Shown: piece after piece, positions 47,901-55,827 of the stretch
Position numbering within the stretch: the stretch's first letter is position 1
Layout: each line of letters opens with the position of its first letter
Origin: a bacterium
Lineage (GTDB): Bacteria > Electryoneota > Electryoneia > Electryoneales > Electryoneaceae
Assembly (NCBI GenBank): GCA_963669175.1
Contig: OY769902.1
Coordinates: 4,505,081 to 4,569,080, forward strand
Length of the DNA: 64,000 nt
Direction of reading: 5' to 3'
Position numbers and translations under genes: made by a program
The notes under the pieces: model-generated
Told to the model about the DNA's origin: nothing
The model's database searches: none
The model's input: the letters and a program-made list of their open reading frames with translations, nothing else

Positions 47901-50835
47901 CGCCGTGTTGCGTGCCCCTCAAAGTATCATCCTGAAGAACCGCAGGGGGCAATCTGGCCTGTGGGGGTACGCTATTTCCGGCGATTTGCCGATCGTTTTA
48001 CTGCAAATCGAAGATCCGGCGAACATAGAGCTGGTCCGCCAACTTGTCCAGGCACATGCCTACTGGCGTTTGAAGGGACTGGTGGTTGACCTCGTGATCT
48101 GGAACGAAGATAATGCCGGCTACCGGCAACTTCTCCACGACAAGATCACGGACCTCATCGCCGCGGCCAGCGATGCCGCCATGACCGATAAGCCGGGTGG
48201 CATTTATGTGCGTCCCGTGGATCAGATTGCCGAGGATGACCGCATTCTAATCCAAACCGTGGCGCATATCATTCTCACTGACCGGCGGGGTTCACTGGCA
48301 GAGCAGATGGGTGGCCAACAGTCCCTGGTCAAGATGCCGCCGCTCCTCGATGACACTCCTCCAGAACGGCCAGAGCACAAAGTGGTTGCTCCGCAGTCCC
48401 GAAGCGATTTGACGTTCTTCAACGGTCTGGGTGGATTCACGCAGGATGGACGGGAATATGTGATTACTACCGGGCGCGGGCGGATGACTCCGGCACCGTG
48501 GGTGAATGTACTGGCCAACCCAACCTTTGGGACTGTCGTTTCCGAAAGCGGTATGGGCTACACCTGGAGCGAAAATGCTCACGAGTTTCGCCTCACCCCC
48601 TGGGGAAACGATCCTGTGAGCGATGCAAGTGGGGAAGCCTTCTACCTGCGAGACGAAGACCGGGGCACTTACTGGTCGCCCACTCCTCTTCCATGTTGTG
48701 GCACGACACCGTATGTCAGCCGTCACGGATTCGGATATAGCGTGTTTGAACACGAAGAACACGGCATTCGTTCCGAAATGTGGGTTTATGTGGCGATGGA
48801 CGCCGCTGTCAAATTTACGGTCCTGACCGTACGTAACATGTCAAGCCGAACTCGCCACCTATCGGCGACAGGTTATGTCGAGTGGGTACTTGGCGGACTG
48901 AAACCGAAATCGGCCCAGCACGTAATCACAGAAATTGATCTGCACACCAATGCCCTCATGGCTCGCAATCCTTACAACACGGATTTTCCGGAGCGGACGG
49001 CCTTCTTTGAAGTTGACGAGGCGGCCAGCACGCGAAGTGGCGATCGAACAGAATTCATCGGTCGAAACGGCACACTTCGATCTCCTGCAGCGATGCGACG
49101 GACGGAGCTTTCGGGTAGAGTCGGGGCAGCTCTCGATCCCTGCGGCGCCATTCGTGTCAGATTCGATCTTGAAGCTGGACAGGAACAGCAGATTGTCTTT
49201 CGCCTGGGGATGGGTACAACTCGAGATGACACTCGGAATTTGATCCGCCGATTTCGAGGAGGGATTGCCGCTCGAGAAGCTCTCGAGAGCGTTTGGCAGC
49301 ATTGGACCCATACACTGGGTGCGGTGAATGTCGAAACACCCGATCCATCCCTGAATGTCCTGGTCAATGGCTGGCTGCTCTACCAGACTCTGGCCTGCCG
49401 CCTGTGGGCGCGAAGCGCGTTCTACCAGTCGGGGGGAGCGTTCGGCTATCGTGACCAGCTTCAGGATGTGATGGCGCTGGTCCATAGTCGGCCTCAGCTC
49501 ACCCGCCAGCATCTGCTGCTCTGCGCTGCCCACCAGTTCACTGAAGGCGACGTGCAACACTGGTGGCATCCACCAACGGACAGAGGTGTGCGAACTCACT
49601 GTTCCGACGACTACCTCTGGTTGCCTCTCGCCACAAGCCGCTATGTCCTCGCCACCGGAGACACCGGCGTGCTCGATGAAATGGTCAGTTTCCTCAGCGG
49701 CCGGGAAGTTCCGGCGGAAGAGGATTCCTATTTCGACTTGCCTACACGTTCAGATGAGATCGCCACTCTTTACGAACACTGCGTTCGCGCCATTCAGAAC
49801 GGACTCAAATTCGGCTCTCACGGTCTGCCGCTTATCGGATCCTGCGACTGGAATGACGGCATGAACCTGGTCGGGGATCAGGGCAAGGGAGAAAGCATAT
49901 GGTTGGCGTTCTTCCTCGTTGACGTGCTCCATCGTTTTTCCGGACTCGCCCGAGCGCGCGGTGACCTGACTTTTGCAGAGCTGTGTGATAGCCAGGCGGT
50001 GACCATCGGCAGGAACATTGACGAGCAGGGTTGGGATGGTGAGTGGTACCGCCGCGCTTATTTCGACGATGGCACCCCCCTCGGTTCCGCCACGAACGAA
50101 GAGTGCCAGATCGATTCCATTGCGCAAAGCTGGTCGGTTCTATCGGGCGCGGGAGATCAGGCACGTTCCCGAACGGCGATGGATTCCCTGGAGAAATGGC
50201 TGGTCCGCCAAGATTTGGGAATTGTCCAACTGCTCGACCCGCCATTTAATGCATCAGCGATGAACCCTGGTTATATCAAGGGATATGCCCCGGGCATCCG
50301 AGAGAATGGTGGACAGTACACCCACGCCGCCATCTGGGCGGCAATGGCATTCGCGAAGATGGGCGATGAACGGCATGCCTGGGAGCTCTTCCGAATCATC
50401 AATCCAGTCAACCATGCCCGTTCTGAAGATGAATCCGCGATTTATATGGTGGAGCCATACGTCGTCGCTGCGGATGTCTACGCTGTGACGCCTCATGTCG
50501 GTCGCGGTGGTTGGACCTGGTATACTGGCGCTGCCGGGTGGATGTATACACTGATTGTGGAATCGCTGCTCGGTGTCACACTCGAGGTGGATAAGCTACG
50601 GATCAAACCATGCCTGCCACCGGAATGGAAGAGCTTCGGACTCCACTATCGACATTGGGAAACAACCTATCATATCGATTTTAAGCAGATCGTCAGCGAT
50701 GTAGATGTCCTTGAGATTGTCGTTGATGGAAAACCACAGGCCGACAACACCATTCCACTCCAGAACGACAAGAACGAACACTATGTCAAAATCAAGCTTT
50801 CAACCATTCAAAAAAACTCACTCCATTCGGTGTAA
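41986..50835 (+). CDS. cgs: cyclic beta-1,2-glucan synthase (Cgs/NdvB/ChvB-type; GT84 glycosyltransferase plus GH94 phosphorylase-like, 2949 aa)
   Basis: Size and architecture: N-terminal TM region. DTDTQ DxD motif at about aa 670 in a GT-A-like block. Second TM cluster. C-terminal GH94 signature GYRDQLQD...HQFTEGDVQHWWHP. Confidence 0.8.
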   Translation: MYPHQPFSFASLMPPRQPLFAKKGRMMMASGIETARKTFLRILATFQVKKLVQTPATVVQPLRSELFSADQMERHGRILANLHQTKHSRSRDHLLPRLAENEIKLLEVQRCLEEDIRIDRRITPAGEWLLDNFYLIEEQIRTAKKYLPKQYSRELPYIENGPSAGLPRVFDLAFETIAHGDGRVDPENLSRFVSAYQSEVPLQLGELWAIPIMLRLALIENLRRVADRIFADLTNRNHAEHWAEQMIEVAANHPTQLILVIADMARSNPPMESSFVAELTRLLQGHGPALALPLTWMEQQLSESGVTVEQLVRAENQNQSTDQVTMSNSVGSLRFLGTMDWHEFVETMSTVEQILSQDPVDLYSRMEFDTRDQYRHVVEKVARRSPLSESEVAGVAIELARQGSTREGAASRESHVGYYLIDKGLPLLERQTSMRLSPVARLGRLLSRFSVPLYASAIFLFAVITTAGFLAKASSGGLHGWVLVPLAALFLIAASPLAVGLVNWLMTLTTNPSPLPRMDYSHGIPSEFRTLAVIPTMLTSAASIDALVEALEVCYLGNRDQHLHFGLLTDFRDANKETLPEDQPLLQQVQHGIEKLNHKYRSFAGNTFFLFHRPRRWNPREGMWMGYERKRGKLLDLNRMLRGGDTTPFAVIIGDVSVLSNVKYIITLDTDTQLARDTARQFIGTMTHPLNRPFYDEKHERVVAGYGILQPRLAVSLAGTRWSRYARMCTTESGIDPYTRAVSDVYQDLFGEGSFIGKGIYDVDAIERTLADRFPENRILSHDLLEGCYARSGLLSDVQLYENYPSAYFADVNRRYRWIRGDWQIAQWALPLVPNKTGHTVKNPLSALSMVKIFDNLRRSVTSAGLTLLLLLGWFVLVDARFWTLAVIGIVILPTLLAYPLTLLRKPGDQTLAQHLSAEFQVVANRLLRDVFTLVCLPFEAAYSLDAIARTLWRMVISHRRLMQWNPSSDDSQSDQVDIARSVRKMWSGPFVAIVAFIGLVLFDPAALMFAALLLGLWFFSPIIVWWMSRPPGRRLEKLSADQIVYLNKLARKTWSFFETFVGPEDHWLPPDNYQEQPVSAVAHRTSPTNIGLSLLAALAAYDFGMISAGKLIDRTAHTFATMASLERYKGHFFNWYDTQTLKPLSNYISSVDSGNLAGHLLTLHPGLLGLIEEKIVGPRVFDSLRTSLEILRDTMAVSQRPVSLDPLDELQQILTAARTPPASLIETKQLLQKLVTSSSHLIAHLEISQSAPQGDELDWARAFAVQCADILDDLTELAPWIGVEFPQQAGDRISSLDSIPTLLEVAALSGKLQPEFDLFHQIDESEENGSEVAELERLVVEGSQHAAARIAMVQMLATQSQDMSQMDVRFLYNESRHLLTIGHNAGKQEQDASCYDLLASEARFSCFVAIAQGQLPQKSWFSLGRLLTNVGGDPALLSWSGSMFEYLMPLLVMPTYPQTLLDQTCRAVVARQIDYGNKSGVPWGISESGYNAIDAQRNYQYRAFGVPGLGLQRGLAQDLVIAPYASALALMISPLAACENLERLSGAGYESRFGLYEAIDFTPSRLPRGKSNAIVHSFMAHHQGMSLLSLARLLLDQPMQKRFASNPQFQATMLLLQERIPKLTSSYKPTTGSSKLILASDSSEIPIRVFTTPDTANPQVQLLSNGRYHVMITNAGGGYSRWKDIAVTRWNEDRTCDNWGNFCYLRDVDSGDMWSATYQPALKSSPQFEAVFSEGRAEFRGSDHSFDTYCEIAVSPEDDIEMRRVRVTNRAKTRRVLEVTSYAEVVLAPAIADALHPAFSNLFVQTEILSHERAILCTRRPRSPDEKAPWMMHLMTVHGADVMGVSYETDRMKFIGRGNTVVNPAALTDIAAGGSGGLSNSEGSVLDPIVAIQYRIALDPGESATVYMVTGIGGTRETALGLVERYRDRRLADRVFDLIWAHGQVLLRQLNAMESDAQLYLRLASSIIYPNAVLRAPQSIILKNRRGQSGLWGYAISGDLPIVLLQIEDPANIELVRQLVQAHAYWRLKGLVVDLVIWNEDNAGYRQLLHDKITDLIAAASDAAMTDKPGGIYVRPVDQIAEDDRILIQTVAHIILTDRRGSLAEQMGGQQSLVKMPPLLDDTPPERPEHKVVAPQSRSDLTFFNGLGGFTQDGREYVITTGRGRMTPAPWVNVLANPTFGTVVSESGMGYTWSENAHEFRLTPWGNDPVSDASGEAFYLRDEDRGTYWSPTPLPCCGTTPYVSRHGFGYSVFEHEEHGIRSEMWVYVAMDAAVKFTVLTVRNMSSRTRHLSATGYVEWVLGGLKPKSAQHVITEIDLHTNALMARNPYNTDFPERTAFFEVDEAASTRSGDRTEFIGRNGTLRSPAAMRRTELSGRVGAALDPCGAIRVRFDLEAGQEQQIVFRLGMGTTRDDTRNLIRRFRGGIAAREALESVWQHWTHTLGAVNVETPDPSLNVLVNGWLLYQTLACRLWARSAFYQSGGAFGYRDQLQDVMALVHSRPQLTRQHLLLCAAHQFTEGDVQHWWHPPTDRGVRTHCSDDYLWLPLATSRYVLATGDTGVLDEMVSFLSGREVPAEEDSYFDLPTRSDEIATLYEHCVRAIQNGLKFGSHGLPLIGSCDWNDGMNLVGDQGKGESIWLAFFLVDVLHRFSGLARARGDLTFAELCDSQAVTIGRNIDEQGWDGEWYRRAYFDDGTPLGSATNEECQIDSIAQSWSVLSGAGDQARSRTAMDSLEKWLVRQDLGIVQLLDPPFNASAMNPGYIKGYAPGIRENGGQYTHAAIWAAMAFAKMGDERHAWELFRIINPVNHARSEDESAIYMVEPYVVAADVYAVTPHVGRGGWTWYTGAAGWMYTLIVESLLGVTLEVDKLRIKPCLPPEWKSFGLHYRHWETTYHIDFKQIVSDVDVLEIVVDGKPQADNTIPLQNDKNEHYVKIKLSTIQKNSLHSV

Positions 50836-50847
50836 CAATAGACACCC

Positions 50848-50876
50848 TTACGCTGAGGGGGGCTTTTTAAAATCGA
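50848..50876 (+). terminator. weak Rho-independent terminator candidate after cgs
   Basis: CCCTTACGCTGAGGG short stem-loop followed by GGGCTTTTT. Confidence 0.25.
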
Positions 50877-50929
50877 CAACGTACATCCCGATGGCACGGG
50901 GGGGGAATCTTGGCCTGGTACAGTCGCAA

Positions 50930-51313
50930 AGTGCCTACGTGGCGGCTTTCCAAGACGCTGGACGCGGAGTTCTACTTGGGAGCACTTCAGAGCGATGCGT
51001 TTACGATGGCTGGATAGATTACGGCGCGAAGATCAGCATGGACGGCAAGGGCCGCTGAATCAACAACCACTTCGTCGAACGGTTGTGACGAAGTGTGAAG
51101 CACGAAGAGGTGTACGTGAAGGCGTACGAGAGTGGCTGGGTGGCGAACGGGATCTGGCGGACGTTTTACTTTTTACAACGCGAAGCGTCCACACAGAACG
51201 TTCAACGATCAGACGCCGAACTAGATCTATTTTGGAAAGTCGAAAGTGCATCCGGAGGAGATTCGTGCTGCCTGATTCTCCTCAAAGTTCCTCCGCTGTG
51301 GCGATGGTTGTGA
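50930..51313 (+). pseudogene. C-terminal remnant of an IS3-family (rve) transposase OrfB, frame-disrupted
   Basis: Translation gives ...ERCVYDGWIDYGAKISMDGKGR*INNHFVERL*RSVKHEEVYVKAYESGWVANGIWRTFYF... (the IS3 OrfB tail) with two in-frame TGA codons and a frameshift. No upstream catalytic part. Confidence 0.5.
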
Positions 51314-51513
51314 TGAGCACCGTGCTGGCCATAGGAAGCTGGGCCTTCCCGCACAAGCTGAATGCCGCGATGATGCTGGTCACCGCCGAGACCTGCCAGC
51401 TCTAGCCGCTGGCCGTGCGCAATCTGCTCAGGGTGGACCGAATAACATGACAGTATGACAGTACGACGGAGTATGAGCTGACGAAACCGAACATAGCGAG
51501 TAGGAGAATAGAG

Positions 51514-52443
51514 ATGAAGATCGTCACCCTGACAATGAATCCGGCCATTGACGCCACCTGCGAGGTGGAGAATGTCAAGTCGGAGGATAAGCTGCGAACC
51601 AGCGCGCCAAGCTACGAGCCGGGCGGCGGCGGCATCAATGTCTCCCGCGCGATTCGCAAGCTCGGCGGCGAGTCCCGCGCCATCTACCCCGAGGGCGGGT
51701 TCAAGGGCAACCTGCTGCGAAAACTGATCGAAGATGAGGGGGTGACGCACACGCCCGTCGAATTCGAGGGCATGACGCGAGAGAACCTGACAGTCAACGA
51801 ATCCAGCAGCAAGGCGCAATACCGGTTTACCATGCCTGGTCCCGAGGTTGGACGGGATGTCCAGGAACGTTGTCTTGAGGCGCTCGTCGAGGGCGAGGCG
51901 CCGGAGATCATCGTCGCAAGCGGCAGCCTCCCGCGTGCGGTGGACGAGGACTTCTACGCACGGGTGGCGTGCAAGGCTAAAGAGCTGGGCGCGAAGCTCG
52001 TCGTGGACACTAAGGGCCTGCCGCTCTACCGCGCCGTCGAACAGGGCGTGTACATGATCAAGCCGAACATGCGGGAGGTCAACGACCTGACCGGCGAAGA
52101 GATCGACAGCGAGGAGAAACTGATAAGACTGGCCGGGGAGATCTTCGATAAGAAACGTGCCGAGGTGATCGTCATCTCGCTCGGCGCGGGAGGCGCGCTG
52201 TTTATCCACGATGGCAAGGTTCGGCCCATCCGAACACCCACCGTGCCGATCCGCAGCAAGGTCGGAGCGGGCGACAGCATGGTTGCGGGTATGGTGCTGA
52301 AGGTGGTGGAGGGCTGGGACGCTTGGAACGCAGCGGTGTACGGTGTCGCTGCTGGCGCGGCGGCAGTGCAGACTCCCGGCACGGAGCTCTGCCGCCGCGA
52401 AGATACCGAGGAGCTCTATGAGAGAATAAAAAAAGAGCTCTGA
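51514..52443 (+). CDS. PfkB-family sugar kinase (1-phosphofructokinase / tagatose-6-P kinase-like)
   Basis: PfkB signatures GGGGINVSRA and KVGAGDSMVAGM. About 62 % GC, unlike surrounding DNA. Confidence 0.8.
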   Translation: MKIVTLTMNPAIDATCEVENVKSEDKLRTSAPSYEPGGGGINVSRAIRKLGGESRAIYPEGGFKGNLLRKLIEDEGVTHTPVEFEGMTRENLTVNESSSKAQYRFTMPGPEVGRDVQERCLEALVEGEAPEIIVASGSLPRAVDEDFYARVACKAKELGAKLVVDTKGLPLYRAVEQGVYMIKPNMREVNDLTGEEIDSEEKLIRLAGEIFDKKRAEVIVISLGAGGALFIHDGKVRPIRTPTVPIRSKVGAGDSMVAGMVLKVVEGWDAWNAAVYGVAAGAAAVQTPGTELCRREDTEELYERIKKEL

Positions 52444-52459
52444 TACCCATCGTTATGAC

Positions 52460-53795
52460 TGTGCCTCGTCAAAATTCTGTCCGCCGCAACACCATTGATT
52501 ATCAGCGGTTTCGCTGATACCTTAGTTTTATGATAAACTCACTCAAAACCCTGGTACGGTCGATCCGAAATTGGTTTCAATCTCGGAACCAATTGGTATT
52601 GGAAAATCTGCTGCTGCGACATCAGATCGCAATACTCCAACGTAAAAAAAAAGCCAAGTCTAAATAAATCCGATAGAGCGATACTTCTTCTCTTTACCAA
52701 GCTCCTGAAGAGCTGGAAAGATGCCCTTGTCATCGTGAAACCGGAAACGATTATCAAATGCCACAGACAGGGATTCAGACTGTTCTGGCGCTGGAAAAGC
52801 CGTCCGCGTAAGAAAGGCAGGAATCCCATCAATCCCGAGGTCAGGAAACTGATTCGTGACATGAGCCGGGCGAATCCGATCTGGGGTGCGCCACGCATTC
52901 ATGGCGAGCTGATGAGATTAGGAATCGTGGTTTCCGAGGCCACTGTGAGCAGGTACATGGTCAAACAAAAGAAACCACCATCACAGACTTGGCGCACCTT
53001 CCTGGACAACCATGTGAAAGATCTCGTGTCAATTGATTTTCTCGTCGTGCCGACGGTTAATTTCAGGCTGCTCTACGTCCTGGTTGTGCTGTCCCACGAA
53101 CGCCGCAGGATAGTTCATTTCAATGTCACCGATTCTCCCACCGCTGCGTGGACTGGACAGCAGATCATTGAAGCGTTTCCATACGACACAGCGCCAAAAT
53201 ACCTGATAAGAGATAACGATAAGATCTATGGTTTTGACTTCAAGGAGAAAGTCAAAGCCTGTGGCATTACGCCAATAAGGACAGCGTACCGTTCCCCCTG
53301 GCAAAATGCGTATTGTGAGCGAGTGATCGGCACTCTGCGAAGGGATTGCCTTGACCACATCCTCATTTTCAGTCGACGACAGCTGATGCGTGTTCTTAGT
53401 GAGTACGTGGATACCTACTACAACACCGAGCGAACACACCTGTCACTTGGCAAAGATTCACCTGAGTCGAGGGAGATCCAGAATCCTGCGACAGGACGCA
53501 TTGTCGAGATACCGATCCTCGGCGGCTTGCACCACAGGTATTTCCGGAAAGCTGCTTGATCGTTGGTGTAGTAGCTGTCAGGTCGGAAGTCGAGTTTGTC
53601 GTTGGGTTGGTGAGCTAATCTGCGGGATACTCTGTCTCAGATCTTCGAATTGTGTGATTTCCACTCCATCTCGTCCTCGATTCTTCTTCGTCACTCCTTA
53701 CCCGAGGGATTTTTTCATACGAATCGATTCATTTTCGTCCTGGTTTGAGATTCTCACCCTGAATTTGTGCACAGATTGCATTTTGACGAGGGACA
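52460..53795 (+). mobile_element. IS481-like insertion sequence, copy 2 (1336 bp)
   Basis: Left TIR TGTGCCTCGTCAAAATTCTGTCCGC (52460-). Right end ...CACAGATTGCATTTTGACGAGGGACA (-53795). Transposase about 88 % identical at protein level to copy 1. Confidence 0.7.
52530..53559 (+). CDS. IS481-like DDE/rve transposase split at an A9 tract (orfA 52530-52667; orfB from about 52645 to 53559)
   Basis: orfA MINSLKTLVRSIRNWFQSRNQLVLENLLLRHQIAILQRKKK-AKSK*. The +1 frame reads KKKPSLNKSDRAILLLFTKLLKSWKDALVIVKPETIIKCHRQGF... through the rve core to the stop. Nine consecutive A at 52644-52652. Confidence 0.7.
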
Positions 53796-54179
53796 ATGTA
53801 CGCCTTCATGAACAAACACTGAATCAGAGGTGAAGCTACAACTGTCAACCATTGTGAAAACAGGATTGCTACCAATTGCTACTATCCCCACGGAACAGTT
53901 ACTAAATTCACAATGTGTAATAGCATTATTCAAGCTTGTTTTTTGATCAATTGCTGGCTCACAAGATTCGAATATACAATATGATATCTCTGAATTAACT
54001 GAAGAATTTTTCATAAGTTGTATGGTTGGACCAACTGTTCCCAGTCGTCCGGAAGTAAACATAATCGGATGATTCTCTGTGCCAATAGCAGTAATCTCGC
54101 CTTCAACAATGAATTTACACCCATCTCCTGCAATATAGGATCCTGGTAAAATAGTGAGTGAACCGCCAGCTAGGATGTG
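53754..54179 (-). pseudogene. internal fragment of a beta-helix-like repeat protein, truncated at both ends by IS insertions
   Basis: The reading frame is open up to the IS4 TIR at 54180 and runs into the IS481-like right end at 53795, where it acquires a stop. Confidence 0.35.
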
Positions 54180-55484
54180 TCACTGCTGTCCGGTTAATTG
54201 AGCATTGTTCTTGATTGCTGTTTTCGTTTTTGTTTTTCGATATCGCTTGTTCTTTGAAAGTCTTGCCACGCTTTGGCTACAGGGATACAGATCAGCAGAT
54301 GTGTGCTGATAAATACCAAGAGTTGATGAGTAGTGATTGCCTCGTCGGCGTTCTTTTGCAACACTCTTAGCAGGAGAAAGACGATCATGGCAACCCAGAT
54401 TTGCGACATCACTGCATTTTCGGATGTCCCCAGAAAAGACTTGATTTTCAGGTTCTGTTTCACCCATTTGAAGAACAGTTCAATCTGCCAGCGTTGCTTG
54501 TAGAGCTGCGCAATGGTCAACGCGTCTATTTCCAACAAGTTTGTCAGAAACCACAATTCCTTTTTTGTTTCCGGATCGGTGAAGTGTACCAGGCGCAAGG
54601 GATCAGGATAGTGGTCTGCCGGGGTTCCGTCAAAATGACCAATCCAGTCACCACGGACACCTGTTCCGGCTTCCACCTTTCGTTTTTCGGTCCATTCAAA
54701 GCCGACGTTGCTTTTCATGCGTGTGACGAAAAAGGCCTGGTTGCGATTGATCCTGGCAAACCAGGCGCTGTCGAAGTAGCCACGGTCAACCAGATAGGTT
54801 GTGCCTGACGTAATGGGCATGGTTCGCGCCGCCCCGATATCGCTGACCTTGCCGTCGGTGATGACAATGTCTTGTGGAATAAGCCCGTCATGATCCAGTA
54901 GGGTGTGCAGTTTCAGAGCACCTTTTGTTGTGCGGTATTTTGCCCAGGGCAACCGTTCCAGGCATACCGGAATCAGCGTGCTGTCAAGCGAAAGAAGTTT
55001 ACCGGGAACGGGAAAATCATGCTTGGAAAACCTGTCACAGAAAAGGGCGAATAATGCCTGAAACAGTTCGTAGTAAAATCGCCAGTTAATCCGCTTGTTC
55101 GCTTCTGCCAGGGTCGACTTCTTTACATTGACCAAGGGGTCCATTGAGAACAGGGATGCCGTTGCATGCTGAATATCGCGTGTCGACTTCAATCCCGCCA
55201 ACTGTGCGAACATCAGAACCGCAAAATGGGTGGATGCCGTAAACACAGAGGCATATTTATCAACATGATACTTCGTGGCAAGCTTGTCAAAGAGCTCGTT
55301 GGGTACAAGCTTTTGTATCTGCATCAATACGGTTGTAGATTGAGCCATGACTTGCATCCTCCGTTGATGAGAATGTGTGTGCAAACTCAATCTTACCAAC
55401 GGTACCTTGTGATGCAAGTCTTTATTATTATACAATCTCCGGGATAGTTACACGAAATCGTGATAACCTACCGGACAGCAGTGA
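54180..55484 (-). mobile_element. IS4-family insertion sequence (1305 bp) with 14-bp terminal inverted repeats CCGGACAGCAGTGA
   Basis: TCACTGCTGTCCGG at 54180-54193 and CCGGACAGCAGTGA at 55471-55484. Single DDE_Tnp_1 transposase gene. Confidence 0.75.
54194..55348 (-). CDS. IS4-family DDE transposase (DDE_Tnp_1)
   Basis: ATG at 55348 with GGAGGA RBS. Motifs DxG...; YKQRWQIELFFKWVKQNLKIK (YREK region typical of the IS4 family). Confidence 0.85.
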   Translation of the reverse strand: MAQSTTVLMQIQKLVPNELFDKLATKYHVDKYASVFTASTHFAVLMFAQLAGLKSTRDIQHATASLFSMDPLVNVKKSTLAEANKRINWRFYYELFQALFALFCDRFSKHDFPVPGKLLSLDSTLIPVCLERLPWAKYRTTKGALKLHTLLDHDGLIPQDIVITDGKVSDIGAARTMPITSGTTYLVDRGYFDSAWFARINRNQAFFVTRMKSNVGFEWTEKRKVEAGTGVRGDWIGHFDGTPADHYPDPLRLVHFTDPETKKELWFLTNLLEIDALTIAQLYKQRWQIELFFKWVKQNLKIKSFLGTSENAVMSQIWVAMIVFLLLRVLQKNADEAITTHQLLVFISTHLLICIPVAKAWQDFQRTSDIEKQKRKQQSRTMLN

Positions 55485-55800
55485 TGTTGAGACCATCAAC
55501 GCTAAGGTTACTAAAAAATCCCCTGGAAATTATGCATTGGGCAACAAGGACAATGAAGGTTCCTTTCTAGTTGGGTATGTCGGTCGTGCAGACCAGGATC
55601 TTAATGCACGTCTGAAGTCATGGGTGAGTAAAACGAAACGACCTCTTTTCAAGTACAGTTATGCCTCGTCAGCCAAAGCCGCATTTGAAAAAGAATGCGA
55701 AAACTATCACGACTTTGATCCACTTGGAAACGATATTCACCCTGATCGCCCCGATGGCACTGATTGGGGATGCCCCTGCTGCGACACTTTTAACGACTGA
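55485..55800 (+). CDS. GIY-YIG-like small nuclease-domain protein with C-terminal WGCPCC cluster; 5' end abuts the IS4 TIR and no start codon remains
   Basis: PGNYALGNKDNEGSFLVGYVGRADQDLNARLKSW fits GIY-x9-11-YIG-x-A-x-x-L-x-x-R-L. The frame is open back to the IS boundary. Confidence 0.45.
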
Positions 55801-55827
55801 ATCAACTATAATAATGCGGAGATAGTT

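Noticed and set aside
42141-50496. Dozens of 60-390-aa ORFs on the minus strand and in alternative plus frames inside the cgs gene (e.g. 43546-44730, 45728-46600, 48859-49599, 46906-47502)
   Set aside because: All are embedded in one continuous 2949-aa frame with coherent domain architecture. The region is GC-rich, which suppresses stop codons in off-frames. None has motifs or RBS.
51050-51110. Two in-frame TGA codons at conserved positions of the IS3 transposase relic as evidence for a UGA-recoding genetic code
   Set aside because: Every confidently called gene in the window uses TGG for Trp, and several terminate in TGA. The relic also has a frameshift. Simple TGG>TGA decay in a pseudogene is sufficient.
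51202-52209. 335-aa minus-strand ORF overlapping the pfkB gene
   Set aside because: Antisense to a gene carrying both PfkB signatures, in a 62 % GC tract where long spurious ORFs are expected. Translation is low-complexity (Ala/Arg/Leu-rich).
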